Origin: Oscillospiraceae bacterium
GTDB lineage: Bacteria > Bacillota > Clostridia > Oscillospirales > CAG-272
Direction of reading: 5' to 3'
DNA: 64,000 nt
NCBI GenBank assembly: GCA_015064845.1
Contig: SVRL01000001.1
Span: 10,346 to 74,345 of the forward strand
A program made the translations under genes and the position numbers. Shown one piece after another: positions 1 through 10,582 of this stretch. Each line of letters opens with the position of its first letter. Position 1 is the first letter of the stretch. The notes beneath the pieces are model-generated. The model searched no databases. It saw nothing but the letters and a program-made list of their open reading frames with translations, and was not told the origin of the DNA.

Positions 1-1
1 C

Positions 2-604
2 GCCATCAAAAATGCGCGTGAAAAGGGATTTTTCGTCACTTACAACCATCCCGTGTGGTCCAGAGAAACGGGTGAAAATTACAATGCTTACGAAGGCATG
101 AACGCCATGGAAATCTGCAATTTCGGTTGCGTGATCGCAGGTTATCTCGATTACGTGCCTCAAATCTATGACGATATGCTGGCGCACGAAAAACGCATCT
201 ATTGTATCGCAACGGATGATAACCACAACCGTTTCCCTGCCGATCATCCCAGAACGGGCTCCTTCGGCGGTTTCACGGTTATCAAAGCGGAAAAACTGGA
301 ATACGAAACGATTGCAAAAGCTTTGGTTGACGGTCATTTCTATGCTTCGCAAGGACCTGAAATCCATTCTCTTTGGGTAGAAGACAATACGATTCACGTT
401 ACTTGCTCTCCTGCCGAACGTGTCATTCTGACCTGCGGACAAAGACGCGCGCAAATCGTTCTGCAAGACGAGCTCGGCGCTCCCGTAACGGAAGCGGCAT
501 TCCCGATTCAGCCGCAGGACGGTTACGTTCGCATCACGGTCGTAGATGAAAAGGGACGTCCCGCTGACACAAACGCATATTTCACTGACGAAATCTGCGA
601 ATAA
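2..604 (+). CDS. PHP-domain (CehA/McbA-like) metallohydrolase, 5'-truncated by window edge
   Basis: Frame is open from base 2 (AIKNAREKGFFVTYNHP...). It contains NHP and ATDDNH motifs typical of PHP-fold metallohydrolases. Confidence 0.7.
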   Translation, partial: AIKNAREKGFFVTYNHPVWSRETGENYNAYEGMNAMEICNFGCVIAGYLDYVPQIYDDMLAHEKRIYCIATDDNHNRFPADHPRTGSFGGFTVIKAEKLEYETIAKALVDGHFYASQGPEIHSLWVEDNTIHVTCSPAERVILTCGQRRAQIVLQDELGAPVTEAAFPIQPQDGYVRITVVDEKGRPADTNAYFTDEICE

Positions 605-622
605 TCGCATTATGAAAAACTT

Positions 623-664
623 AAAAGCGTTGAAACGGAAAAATCCGTTTCAACGCTTTTTTTA
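623..664. terminator. Bidirectional intrinsic terminator
   Basis: AAAAGCGTTGAAACGGA-loop-TCCGTTTCAACGCTTTT perfect stem between convergent genes. Confidence 0.9.
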
Positions 665-677
665 CCGACCGTATATA

Positions 678-2330
678 TTATTGCAAAATTTCCACACCGT
701 TCGGCGCATTGATCTTTGTAGAAATACTGCCGTCTGCATTTTTACGGTGTTCCACCGTCAGTTTACCAAAAGGCGTCGCCATACCGCCCCGAACGTGTTT
801 CAACGAACCGAGATGAGGTTTGATCTCAATTTTGGTACAGCCCTCCCCGACAATATGCAGCCCGAGCACATATTCCGTCAAAAAGGCAACGGGACCGGAA
901 GACCATCCGTGACAAAGACTGTGGCGGAAGCCCTTATAACAGTATTTTCCGTTATCTCCGTGAATATCCACCTGATTTTTATCACAAATTTCATCCAATC
1001 GGCAAGCATTTTCCACCCATTTTATATCAAAATCTTCCCAGAATGTTGTCGCTCCGAGATCAAGCATGGCACAGTAATACGTTTTCAGCGCATCCAAAAT
1101 TTCTTCTTCCGGACAACATTTCGACATTCCCGTTAAAATATAATAACTCATAAACGTAGAAAAGCCTTCCGCACCGCCTTTTTGCAACCGTTCGATACAA
1201 TCTTCGCCGGCAATATCTGCAAGAAGCAGTAACGCCGCAATTTGCTTCAAATCTCCGCAAGATTCTTTTTTATTTTCAGCAAGATTTCGTACCGCTTTAC
1301 ATTCTTCTTTCAATTCTTCTTCTCCGAGAACGGAAAGAATTTTTTCACAAGCGCGCATACAAAGAATCAAAAGTGCTCTTGTTCCCGCTTTTGCGGAAGG
1401 AAATCCCTTAGACGGCCAATCAATAAAATCACTTGCAGTAAAATCGCCGTTTTCATCCACATTTTCAAGAATCTGTCGAATCAATCTTACGGTATAATCC
1501 TTTTGTTCCTGCAAATATTCTCTTTTACCCGTATAAAAGACCCATTCTTCCAAATTGATCAGCCACCAGAGCGAATATGTGGCAATGCCGTTGATCCATG
1601 TCGGCAAAACCGTATTATGCGCAGAAAGCGCAAGTCCGTTATAAATCTGCGGAACATCTCCCCATACGTATTTGACGGTTTTCAATTCGGGAGAAAGGTC
1701 TCCGATCCAAACCAATCGGTCGCGCTTGATGCCGTCCCAGATTTCATTCTGCAAGCACAAATGACAAGTATACGCTGCCGTATCATAAATGCGGTTTAGC
1801 GTTTCATCGTCGGATTCAAAACTTCCGATATATTCATATGGCTGATAGATCAACATCGCCTGAACGGTTTTGAGCTGAACCTTGGCAGGAGTCAAAAGCT
1901 CCAGATAAACAAAACGAAAGCCCGTTGCCCCATATTCGCTTACCGTCCAGCTTTTGCTCGTAAACTCAAAATCACGCATGCTATGGTCATTGGTTGCGTT
2001 TTTTTCTCCGATGTGAGAAAGTGCTTCTCCCGCAGACTCACCGAAACAAATACGGAATTTGACCTCTTCTTCTCCCGTACGGATACGGAATAAGGAAATC
2101 GAAATGCCTCCGTGAAGCTCCGTACCGAAGTCCAACAAAATTCCCGATTTTTCCTCTTCTGTGGAGATCATCGTTGTAATTTCAGGCTCATGCGTACCGA
2201 TCTGACGGTTTTTATAACGCAAAAGCCGCTCTTCTCCCTTCCAGAAACCTTTGGTCAGAAGAATTTTTTTCGGAACCAAATATTTTTTGACACGGGTATC
2301 CGTATCGTTAAAACGTATTTCTTTTAACAT
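678..2330 (-). CDS. Alpha-L-rhamnosidase (GH78-like)
   Basis: DGIKRDRLVWIGD, GATTFWE and SLCHGWSSGP motifs; lies near rhaA/rhaB. Confidence 0.85.
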   Translation of the reverse strand: MLKEIRFNDTDTRVKKYLVPKKILLTKGFWKGEERLLRYKNRQIGTHEPEITTMISTEEEKSGILLDFGTELHGGISISLFRIRTGEEEVKFRICFGESAGEALSHIGEKNATNDHSMRDFEFTSKSWTVSEYGATGFRFVYLELLTPAKVQLKTVQAMLIYQPYEYIGSFESDDETLNRIYDTAAYTCHLCLQNEIWDGIKRDRLVWIGDLSPELKTVKYVWGDVPQIYNGLALSAHNTVLPTWINGIATYSLWWLINLEEWVFYTGKREYLQEQKDYTVRLIRQILENVDENGDFTASDFIDWPSKGFPSAKAGTRALLILCMRACEKILSVLGEEELKEECKAVRNLAENKKESCGDLKQIAALLLLADIAGEDCIERLQKGGAEGFSTFMSYYILTGMSKCCPEEEILDALKTYYCAMLDLGATTFWEDFDIKWVENACRLDEICDKNQVDIHGDNGKYCYKGFRHSLCHGWSSGPVAFLTEYVLGLHIVGEGCTKIEIKPHLGSLKHVRGGMATPFGKLTVEHRKNADGSISTKINAPNGVEILQ

Positions 2331-2589
2331 ACTGTTACCTCATTCTTCTCATTCTTTATAGGACATTGAAACAGTCTTTCAATCATTCATCAATATAACG
2401 AACGAAATTCATAATATCAATGAATGCTTTTCTTCCCTTTGCTTATATTTTTTAACGAAGGAAAACACTGTATCTAAAGATATAATAACACAAAGAACCA
2501 TTTTTTTCAATGCGTTTTTTCTTTTCCATACAATAAAATTGTCCGTATATTCAATGAATATACAGACAATCATTTTTCAGAAAATTTTC

Positions 2590-3708
2590 TTATTTATTCT
2601 TTTCACGAACATCATCCATCAAAGCGTGAATGCGATCAACGGGGTTCAAAAGCGAGCTGATAGAAGCATCCTGATTCATATTTTCGATAATATATGCAAC
2701 AAACTTACTCATATCGACCTCTGTATACCAAGGACGTTCCAAAATTGCGGGAGCGCGATAATTGAGGTTGGTTGTAAAGATTCTGTCAATCTTTCCTTCT
2801 TCATAAGCTTTATCGAATTTTTCGGGACCGGATGTAAACAAACCGAAGGTGGCAAAAACAAATACGCGGCGTGCACCTTTTTCCTTGAGCTGTTCCGCAA
2901 GATCCAAAACGGATTCACCGCTTGCGATCATATCGTCAACAACAATCAAATCTTTTCCTTCGACGGGCTTTCCAAGGAATTCATGCGCTTCAATGGGGTT
3001 TCTGCCATCGATCACAATCTTATAGTTGCGGCGTTTGTAGAACATACCGAGATCCACGCTAAGCAGAGAAGAATAATACATAGATCTGGACATTGCGCCT
3101 TCATCGGGAGCGATAATCATTGTGTTTTCAGGATCAAAGGTAATATCGGGATATTCCGTAACAAGTGCCTTCAGCATCTGATATGCGGGACGTACGTTAT
3201 CAAAACCACCATAAGGAATTGCCTGCTGTACGTTGGGGTCATGGGCATCGAAAGTAACGATATTGGTAACACCATTATCCACAAGTTCCTGCAAAGCCAT
3301 CGCACAGTCGAGAGATTCTCTCGCAGTTCTGCGGTGCTGTCTGCCTTCATAAAGCATAGGCATGATCAAAGTTACTCGACGAGCCTTGCCACCGATTGCA
3401 CAAAGCATACGTTTGATATCCTGATAATGATCATCAGGGCTCATGGGAACATTCATGCCGTACATTTTGTAGGTCACACCGTAGTTGAAAACGTCAGCAT
3501 AAATATAAACGTCATGTCCTCTCAAAGTCTCGTGAATAATCGCCTTGCCTTCACCGGAGCCAAAACGAGGGCATTCCGCATTGACAAGATACGTAGAACG
3601 ATCTGCTTCATCACGCGAACTGTGCAAATAACCGTCAACCTTTGAAAGAAAATCTTCGCAGCCTTTCATACCGATAATGCTGAGTTCACCAAAATATTTC
3701 TGATCCAT
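2590..3708 (-). CDS. prs: Ribose-phosphate pyrophosphokinase
   Basis: RFGSGEGK, LYEGRQHRR, and VVDDMIASGES PRPP-binding loop. Confidence 0.92.
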   Translation of the reverse strand: MDQKYFGELSIIGMKGCEDFLSKVDGYLHSSRDEADRSTYLVNAECPRFGSGEGKAIIHETLRGHDVYIYADVFNYGVTYKMYGMNVPMSPDDHYQDIKRMLCAIGGKARRVTLIMPMLYEGRQHRRTARESLDCAMALQELVDNGVTNIVTFDAHDPNVQQAIPYGGFDNVRPAYQMLKALVTEYPDITFDPENTMIIAPDEGAMSRSMYYSSLLSVDLGMFYKRRNYKIVIDGRNPIEAHEFLGKPVEGKDLIVVDDMIASGESVLDLAEQLKEKGARRVFVFATFGLFTSGPEKFDKAYEEGKIDRIFTTNLNYRAPAILERPWYTEVDMSKFVAYIIENMNQDASISSLLNPVDRIHALMDDVREKNK

Positions 3709-3783
3709 TTTTTAGTCCTCCTTATGCAGGTCGAATTTTATATGAATTTTATTGATTATAAATTAAATGAGAAAGCTATTATT

Positions 3784-5076
3784 TTAAAGATTAAATGCCC
3801 GTTCAAGCTCTCCGAACGCCTCTGGATCAATGCCGTGAGGTTCTTCTCCGAAAGCCGAAACTTCAATCAACGCTTTTGCGCTGTATTCCAGCATTTCCAA
3901 TTTATCAAATGCTTTGAGCAAAGAAGTTCCTGTCGCAATCACACAGTCATTTTCAATGATTGCCGTTGGATTTTTTCCCGTAATTGCTTCAGCAAGCATT
4001 TCCGCAGACGTAAAAGAAGAGCCCACCGGATATTTCTGTACATTTCTCAAAGAAATGTAAATTTCCGGAAGCAAGCGAATGTCCAATTCTTTGTCCGTAA
4101 CGGCATACGCCATAGCAGAAGCCGGACGGGCTTCAATGATACTTTTGACAGAAGATTCCTTTGCATAAACTGCTTGATGAAAAACAACCGTCGGAGAAGG
4201 AATCTTTCCCTCTTCCCGTTTACCGTCTTTGATCCAAACCAATTCTTCCGGTCGGATATCCCGACGATCTTTTTGATCCGGTGTAATCAAAAAAGAACCA
4301 TCAGAAAGTTTACATGAAAAAACGCCGCCTTCGCTTGTAATATATTGCTTTTCGTACGCACGACGGATAAAAGAACAAAGTTCTCTTCGCGCCAGGAGTT
4401 CTTCTCCGAAATGTTCAGACGAAATAAACTCCCCCATCCCTGCCGCAACTTCCCGATTGAAATTGTCTTTATCATTCTGAGAAAGAATCGAGATTTTACC
4501 GCCTATCATTTTTGCATTTTTTTGTATATCGGAGCAAAGAACCAATGTTTCAAAAGCTTGAAATGCCTGATAAAGCGTTATATCTCCGATAACAATACCG
4601 TGACGTTCCATTAAAACGGCATTGATACCCTTTGCAAATTCTGCCGAAAGCTTGTCTCCGAGCGCCGAACTTCCAGGAATCTCGTAAGACACGGAAGAAA
4701 CGGGTTTCATTGGAGCCCTCGTATCGACAAGCAAAGATGTATTCGGAATTTGATTTAAAAGACTACCCGCAATCACAGTGGGTGGGTGCGCGTGCAAAAC
4801 CGCTTTGATATCGGGACGTTTTTTGTAAATTGCCAAATGAAAAGGATATTCCGCAGAAGGTCTGTAAATTCCGCTGATCGTACCGTCCGGCTTAATCTGC
4901 ATAATATCTTCCCTGCGCAAATTACCCTTGTCCACGCCGCCCGGACTGATCCAAACCGTTCCCTGTGCATCGCGAACGGAAAGATTGACACCCAAAGCCG
5001 TTGTCATATTGTGATCGTAAATACGATTCATCAGCGTAACGATCTGATCTGCGGGATGAAGCATTTCAAACATCAT
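3784..5076 (-). CDS. Class II aldolase/adducin-family protein with two tandem domains (candidate rhamnulose-1-phosphate aldolase)
   Basis: PSAEYPFH...LHAHP...ERHG Zn motifs in the first domain and a degenerate second domain; directly downstream of rhaB-rhaA. Confidence 0.8.
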   Translation of the reverse strand: MMFEMLHPADQIVTLMNRIYDHNMTTALGVNLSVRDAQGTVWISPGGVDKGNLRREDIMQIKPDGTISGIYRPSAEYPFHLAIYKKRPDIKAVLHAHPPTVIAGSLLNQIPNTSLLVDTRAPMKPVSSVSYEIPGSSALGDKLSAEFAKGINAVLMERHGIVIGDITLYQAFQAFETLVLCSDIQKNAKMIGGKISILSQNDKDNFNREVAAGMGEFISSEHFGEELLARRELCSFIRRAYEKQYITSEGGVFSCKLSDGSFLITPDQKDRRDIRPEELVWIKDGKREEGKIPSPTVVFHQAVYAKESSVKSIIEARPASAMAYAVTDKELDIRLLPEIYISLRNVQKYPVGSSFTSAEMLAEAITGKNPTAIIENDCVIATGTSLLKAFDKLEMLEYSAKALIEVSAFGEEPHGIDPEAFGELERAFNL

Positions 5077-5131
5077 GGCAATCTCCTTACATCCAATATC
5101 AAAAAGGGAAATCGGTCAATTTTTTAAAAAT

Positions 5132-5225
5132 ATTGGGACTTATTTGAAAACCCAAAAACAATTTTCCCTAATAAAACAGCTGAAAAAACGAGCTGATCTT
5201 CTCATTTTTTCAAATAAGTCCCAAT
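5132..5225. mobile_element. MITE-like element with perfect 19-bp terminal inverted repeats
   Basis: ATTGGGACTTATTTGAAAA (5132-5150) and its exact reverse complement (5207-5225) bracket 56 bp of non-coding DNA. Confidence 0.5.
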
Positions 5226-5227
5226 GC

Positions 5228-5259
5228 CGGACAGAAACAGGTAATCCCGTTTCTGTCCG
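5228..5259 (-). terminator. Stem-loop downstream of rhaA
   Basis: CGGACAGAAAC...GTTTCTGTCCG inverted repeat; no clear U-tract. Confidence 0.5.
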
Positions 5260-5289
5260 AAATCAAGAAAATAAATTTTCTAAAAAAGA

Positions 5290-6543
5290 TTATCTCTTGG
5301 AAAGAACTTCTTTTTCGTAAGCCTTTACTTCGTCGAACCAGCTTGCATCGGCAGCAACGCCTGCACGAGCGCAATATTCAGCCCAAACAGCGCCGTAAGG
5401 AAGCATTTTAACTTCTTCCTGCATAACCATAAGTTCTGTAAAGTTGCTTTCGTCCTGCAATTTCGCAAGCATAGCATTGGGTGTGCAAAGTGCCATCAAG
5501 AGAGCTTTCTGGAAACTTCTGAAACCAACTGTCCAAGCGGAAATACGGTTGATGCTTGCATCGAAATAGTCAAGAGCGATATAAGTACGGTCAAGAGCAT
5601 CGCAACGAACGATTTCCTTTGCGATTTCTTTGGTTTCGTCATCAAGAAGAACAACGTGGTCAGAGTCCCAACGGATGGGTCTGGTTACGTGAAGCGCAAT
5701 CTCATCGAAGAAGCAGAGGAGCGCGGGAATCTTATCGGAAACAACTTCCGTGGGATGATAATGTCCGTTATCCATGAGGGGCAGACATTTATCTTTATTC
5801 ATAGCGGCAATGCTGAGTGCGAATTCTGCGCTGCCGGAAGTGAAAGCTTCTACGCCGATACCGAATACTTTGGATTCCACGCAGGGTTTAACCTTGTTGA
5901 AATCGAACGGTTCGGAAAGAATCTGTTCGATGGAATCTTTGTAACGCATTCTGGGGCCCATACGGTCTGCGGGAATATCCTTGAAGCCGTCACCTGTCCA
6001 GATATTCATAACGCAAGGAATTCCTGTTTCTTCAGCAAAATACTGAGAAATGCGGATACAAGCCTTACCGTGAGCAATCCAGAAATCACGGACTGCTTTG
6101 TCGGGATGGCTGAGCGTCAGGCCGTCCTTCTGCATGGGGTGAGAGAAGAAGGTGGGGTTAAAGTCGATACCCATTCCTCTTTCTTTTGCAAATTCAACCC
6201 ATTTCTTGAAATGCTTGGGTTCAAGCTTGTCGCGGTCAGCAAAACCGTCTTCGAAAATAGCGTAGCAAGCGTGAACGTTAAGTTTTTTCTTGCCGGGGCA
6301 AAGGGACATAACCTTGTCCATATCTGCCATAAGCTGTTCGGGAGTGGTTGCTTTGCCGGGATAGTTGCCCGTTGTCTGAATACCGCCCGTAAGCGCTCCG
6401 TCGTTGTCGAAACCGCCTACGTCGTCGCCCTGCCAACAGTGCAGAGATACGGGAATGTTGCTCAGTTTTTCAATCGCAGCTTCAACGTCAATGCCGTAAG
6501 CCGCAAAGCTTTCTTTTGCAAGTTCAAATGCTTTTGTAGACAT
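5290..6543 (-). CDS. rhaA: L-rhamnose isomerase
   Basis: SLHCWQGDDVGGF, TGNYPGKA, VESKVFGIGVE, GHYHPTE and RWDSDHVV motifs. Confidence 0.96.
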   Translation of the reverse strand: MSTKAFELAKESFAAYGIDVEAAIEKLSNIPVSLHCWQGDDVGGFDNDGALTGGIQTTGNYPGKATTPEQLMADMDKVMSLCPGKKKLNVHACYAIFEDGFADRDKLEPKHFKKWVEFAKERGMGIDFNPTFFSHPMQKDGLTLSHPDKAVRDFWIAHGKACIRISQYFAEETGIPCVMNIWTGDGFKDIPADRMGPRMRYKDSIEQILSEPFDFNKVKPCVESKVFGIGVEAFTSGSAEFALSIAAMNKDKCLPLMDNGHYHPTEVVSDKIPALLCFFDEIALHVTRPIRWDSDHVVLLDDETKEIAKEIVRCDALDRTYIALDYFDASINRISAWTVGFRSFQKALLMALCTPNAMLAKLQDESNFTELMVMQEEVKMLPYGAVWAEYCARAGVAADASWFDEVKAYEKEVLSKR

Positions 6544-6557
6544 AGTAGATCCTCTCC

Positions 6558-6596
6558 TGTTTTTATTTTTATGTTTTTATTTTTATGTTTTTATTT
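6558..6596. repeat. 14-bp tandem repeat (TGTTTTTATTTTTA x ~2.8)
   Basis: Directly read; lies between the rhaB stop and the rhaA ribosome-binding site. Confidence 0.8.
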
Positions 6597-6605
6597 ACGG
6601 TTTTA

Positions 6606-8090
6606 TTATTTGCCGATGAGCTTCAGGAATCTGCCGTATGCTTCATCCCATGCAGCTTTCTTTTCGGTTTCGGGCTGATATTCCTTGATTTCAAAGGAAT
6701 TTGCAATAATTTCTCTTGCTTCCCACATATCCTTGATTGCACCGAGAGCGATTGCCTGCGCCGCAATGTTACCGATTGCAGTAGCTTCTACGGGGCCTGC
6801 GTAAACAGGTCTGCCGCATGCGGTTGCCGCAAACTGAGAAAGCTGTTCTTCTTTTGTACCGCCGCCTACGATGTTGATCGCGGGAATTCTTTCGCCGCAC
6901 ATTTCATCAATGCATTCAACGGTATAACGGTAACGCATAGCCAAGCTTTCGAGAATGCAACGAACGATTTCACCCTTGGTCTGAGGAACGAACTGACCGG
7001 TTTCACGGCAGTAATCCGCAATTCTCTTGGGAATATTGCCGGGAGTTGCGAATCTTGCATCGTCCGTATCGATAAAACAACGAAGCGGTTCTGCTTCAGC
7101 AGCCATCGTGGCAAGTTCTGCAAAGGAAATCTTTTCGCCTTCTCTTTCCCACTGACGTTTGGATTCCTGTTCCACCCAAAGACCGGTAATGTTCTTGGAG
7201 AAGCGAATGGTATCACCGTAACCGCCTTCATTTGTGAAGTTATATTCTTTGGATTTTTCGCTGATAACGGGATCTTTGGTTTCCGTACCCATAATAGACC
7301 ATGTACCGGAAGAAATCCAAATAAATTTTTCGCTCTTCGCGGGAACAGCGAGAACCGCACTTCCCGTATCGTGTGCGGCAACGGAAATTACCTTGGGATT
7401 GATTCCACCGAATTCTTCGGAAAGAGAGGGCAGGAAATTACCGCAAACCGTGCCGGGGGGAACGATCTTGCTGAACAGCTTATCGGGAAGATTGAACTTC
7501 TTGATCAGCTCATCGGACCAATCGCGTTTCTTTGCATCCAAAAGCTGGCTGGTGGAGGCAATGGTGTATTCCGTCTGCTTATAGCCTGTCAGGAAATAGT
7601 TGAGAAGGTCGGGCACGAAAAGCATATCCGAAGCGATATCAAAAATTTCAGGGCTGTTTTTCTGTACTGCCAGAAGCTGATAGAGAGAGTTCAGTTCCAA
7701 TACCTGAATACCGGTAATGTCATAAACCTCGTCTGCGCTGACATAAGCTTCGGAATACGCGGGAATACCGACGGTGCGGAGATCGCGGTAATGAACGGGA
7801 TTTGCAAGGAGGTGACCTCTTTTGTCAAGAAAACCGAAGTCAACGCCCCACGTATCAATACCGATGGAATCGATATCTCTATCTTCACCGGTTGCGCATT
7901 TGCGGATTGAGGTTTTGATCTCATGCAAAATGCGAACAATATCCCAGGTGTACTGACCTGCAACCATAACAGGTTCATTGGGGAAACGATGATTTTCTTC
8001 GAGCGTGATTTTCTCGCCGTCGAAGGTGCCAACAATACCGCGGCCGCTGGATGCGCCGAGGTCAATGGCAAGCATTTTGATTTTTTTCAT
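6606..8090 (-). CDS. rhaB: Rhamnulokinase (FGGY family)
   Basis: LAIDLGASSGR, GIDTWGVDF, ISSGTWS and FTNEGG motifs; adjacent to rhaA. Confidence 0.93.
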   Translation of the reverse strand: MKKIKMLAIDLGASSGRGIVGTFDGEKITLEENHRFPNEPVMVAGQYTWDIVRILHEIKTSIRKCATGEDRDIDSIGIDTWGVDFGFLDKRGHLLANPVHYRDLRTVGIPAYSEAYVSADEVYDITGIQVLELNSLYQLLAVQKNSPEIFDIASDMLFVPDLLNYFLTGYKQTEYTIASTSQLLDAKKRDWSDELIKKFNLPDKLFSKIVPPGTVCGNFLPSLSEEFGGINPKVISVAAHDTGSAVLAVPAKSEKFIWISSGTWSIMGTETKDPVISEKSKEYNFTNEGGYGDTIRFSKNITGLWVEQESKRQWEREGEKISFAELATMAAEAEPLRCFIDTDDARFATPGNIPKRIADYCRETGQFVPQTKGEIVRCILESLAMRYRYTVECIDEMCGERIPAINIVGGGTKEEQLSQFAATACGRPVYAGPVEATAIGNIAAQAIALGAIKDMWEAREIIANSFEIKEYQPETEKKAAWDEAYGRFLKLIGK

Positions 8091-8149
8091 AGTTTATATA
8101 TCCTTTCAAATAAATTCTTTCAATTTTCAAAAGCATTGCGGAAAATTTT

Positions 8150-10582
8150 TTATTTCAATTCCGCAATGGCAACACCCGTATCGCCCTCTCCGAACGTACC
8201 GACACGAACGGAAGCCACTCTCGCGTCTCTGCGGAGAAAATCCGTAACGGCTTTTCGGAGCGCTCCCGTACCTTTTCCGTGAATGATACGAAGCGATTTT
8301 ACTCCCGCGCGTTTGGCATCATCGATATACTTGTCCAGAAGGAAGCAAGCATCATCGGCGTAATTGCCGCGAAGATCAATTTCCGGATTGAACGCCGCAA
8401 TTACACGGTCGCCAACGCTCTTGGCAGAAGACTTTTTACCGTTTTTATCTGTGAACGTAACCTTAACGCCGTCGATCAGCATAAGATTTTTGATATTGGT
8501 TTTCGTTTTGATAATGCCCGCCTGAACCTGCACGTTTCCTGATTTATCGGGATCGGAAAGCAAAATGCCCTTTTGACCGATATTGACCAAAACGACTTCA
8601 TCGCCCTTTTTCAAAGGACGGGGAAGTTCATAGCCTTCCGCAGTTTTCGGATCAATGGGATCCAATTTATCACTGTTTGCTTTCAGGTGGATTTTAATAT
8701 CTCTGCGTGCCGCATCAAGAGATTTCGCAAGATTTTCGCTTTCTCTCTCCTTTTTTACTTTTTCAAGCTCGGCAAATATATAATCACTGGAAAGTTTTGC
8801 GCTTTCCACCATCCGAACGGCAGTTGCTCTTGCTTTTTCAAGCTCTTTCTCCGCTTCTTTTTCCCTTTTCTCAACAAACTCGTCCATCTCCGCTTTCTCG
8901 CGTCTGGCCTGTGCAAGAAGCATTTGTGCTTCCGTCTTGGCTTTTTCCATCTCCATGCGTTCCTGTTCCAAACGCTCGATCACGCTTTCGAAACGGCGGT
9001 TTTCACCGGAAACATAACTTTCCGCACGCGCAATGATGGATGCGGAAAGTCCTAATTTTTGAGAAATGGCAAACGCATTGGATTTGCCGGGCGCACCGAT
9101 AATCAATCGGTAAGTAGGGCGCAGAGTATTCACGTCAAATTCACAGGAAGCGTTGCAAACGCCTTCCGTATCAAGCGCATAAGATTTCAATTCCGCATAG
9201 TGCGTAGTTGCCGCACAAAGCGCTTTCTTTTCTCGGACAGCCTCAAGAATGGAAACCGCCAAAGCTGCACCCTCAACAGGGTCCGTACCTGCACCAACTT
9301 CATCGAAAAGAACCAAACAGCGATTTTCGATTGCGGCAAGCATTTCCACAATGTGAACCATGTGCGAGGAAAATGTAGAAAGGGATTGCTCAATGCTCTG
9401 TTCATCGCCGATATCGGCAAGAATATCATCAAATATGCACATCACGGATCCATCGGCAACGGGAATATGCAATCCTGCTTGCGTCATAAGTGCAAACAGT
9501 CCCAAGGTTTTGAGTGTCACGGTTTTACCGCCCGTATTCGGCCCCGTGATCACAAGCGTATCGAAATCAATACCCAGCGAAACGGAAATCGGCACCACCG
9601 TATCTGCGGAAATCAACGGATGCCTTGCGCGAATGAGCGATAACTGTCTTGCGGCGGTGATTTCGGGCGCAATACCGTCCATGCGGAAAGAAAGCTGGCT
9701 TTTACCGAAAATAAATGCGAGTTCCGTCAGATTGCGGTAATTTTCCAGAATTGCGGAAGCATTCATGGCAATATCCGCAGAAAGTTCGGCAAGAATTCTT
9801 TCAATCTCATCCGCTTCTTTTCTTTCCAAAAGACGCAATTCATTGTTGGATTCCACAACGGAGAGCGGTTCAATAAAAACCGTTGCGCCCGAAGCGGAAG
9901 TATCATGAACCAAGCCTTTGATCTCGTTTCTGTGCTCCTGTTTTACGGGAATCACGTAACGTCCGTCACGAACGGTTACGATCTGTTCCTGTAAAAATTT
10001 AGAATAAGAGCCTCCCGAAATATATTTTTGAAGGGAATCTCTGATTCGATTGTTTTCATGGCGCATCTTTCGTCTGATTTCATAAAGCTTATCGCTTGCC
10101 GTATCCGCAATCATATCTTCGCTTGCGATACAGCGTGAAATCTTATCTTCCAATTTCTTATTCGGAACGAGGCTATGGAAATATTCGTCGAGGACACTTT
10201 GCGCCGTATGGTCCTCGTTTCTGTATTCTTTGACCGCTCTCGCCGCGGAAAGCGTTCTTCCCACGGAAAGAATTTCAACGGGAAGCAGAACCGCTCCTTT
10301 ATCGGCGCGCTCTGCTATGGAAGTAACGTCGGCAAGTCCGGAAAGAGGAGGCATTCCTTTTGTGATCTGCATGTTCTTTGCCGCATCGGTTTGCTCCAAC
10401 ATACGGCGGACTGTTCCGATTCCGCGGGAAGGACGCAATTCTCTGGCAAGCGCCTTGGAACCTTCCGTCGGACAAACCGAAGCAAGCATTTCTCTTATCT
10501 TATCAAATTCGAGCGTAACGATCGCTCTTTCAAAATTTCTGTATTTTCCCATCGTTTTCATTGTTCTTTCATTATCATTCAT
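8150..10582 (-). CDS. mutS2: Endonuclease MutS2 (start codon uncertain)
   Basis: ITGPNTGGKT Walker A, QSLSTFSSH, coiled coil, and C-terminal Smr domain (IIHGKGTG). Confidence 0.95.
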   Translation of the reverse strand: MNDNERTMKTMGKYRNFERAIVTLEFDKIREMLASVCPTEGSKALARELRPSRGIGTVRRMLEQTDAAKNMQITKGMPPLSGLADVTSIAERADKGAVLLPVEILSVGRTLSAARAVKEYRNEDHTAQSVLDEYFHSLVPNKKLEDKISRCIASEDMIADTASDKLYEIRRKMRHENNRIRDSLQKYISGGSYSKFLQEQIVTVRDGRYVIPVKQEHRNEIKGLVHDTSASGATVFIEPLSVVESNNELRLLERKEADEIERILAELSADIAMNASAILENYRNLTELAFIFGKSQLSFRMDGIAPEITAARQLSLIRARHPLISADTVVPISVSLGIDFDTLVITGPNTGGKTVTLKTLGLFALMTQAGLHIPVADGSVMCIFDDILADIGDEQSIEQSLSTFSSHMVHIVEMLAAIENRCLVLFDEVGAGTDPVEGAALAVSILEAVREKKALCAATTHYAELKSYALDTEGVCNASCEFDVNTLRPTYRLIIGAPGKSNAFAISQKLGLSASIIARAESYVSGENRRFESVIERLEQERMEMEKAKTEAQMLLAQARREKAEMDEFVEKREKEAEKELEKARATAVRMVESAKLSSDYIFAELEKVKKERESENLAKSLDAARRDIKIHLKANSDKLDPIDPKTAEGYELPRPLKKGDEVVLVNIGQKGILLSDPDKSGNVQVQAGIIKTKTNIKNLMLIDGVKVTFTDKNGKKSSAKSVGDRVIAAFNPEIDLRGNYADDACFLLDKYIDDAKRAGVKSLRIIHGKGTGALRKAVTDFLRRDARVASVRVGTFGEGDTGVAIAELK

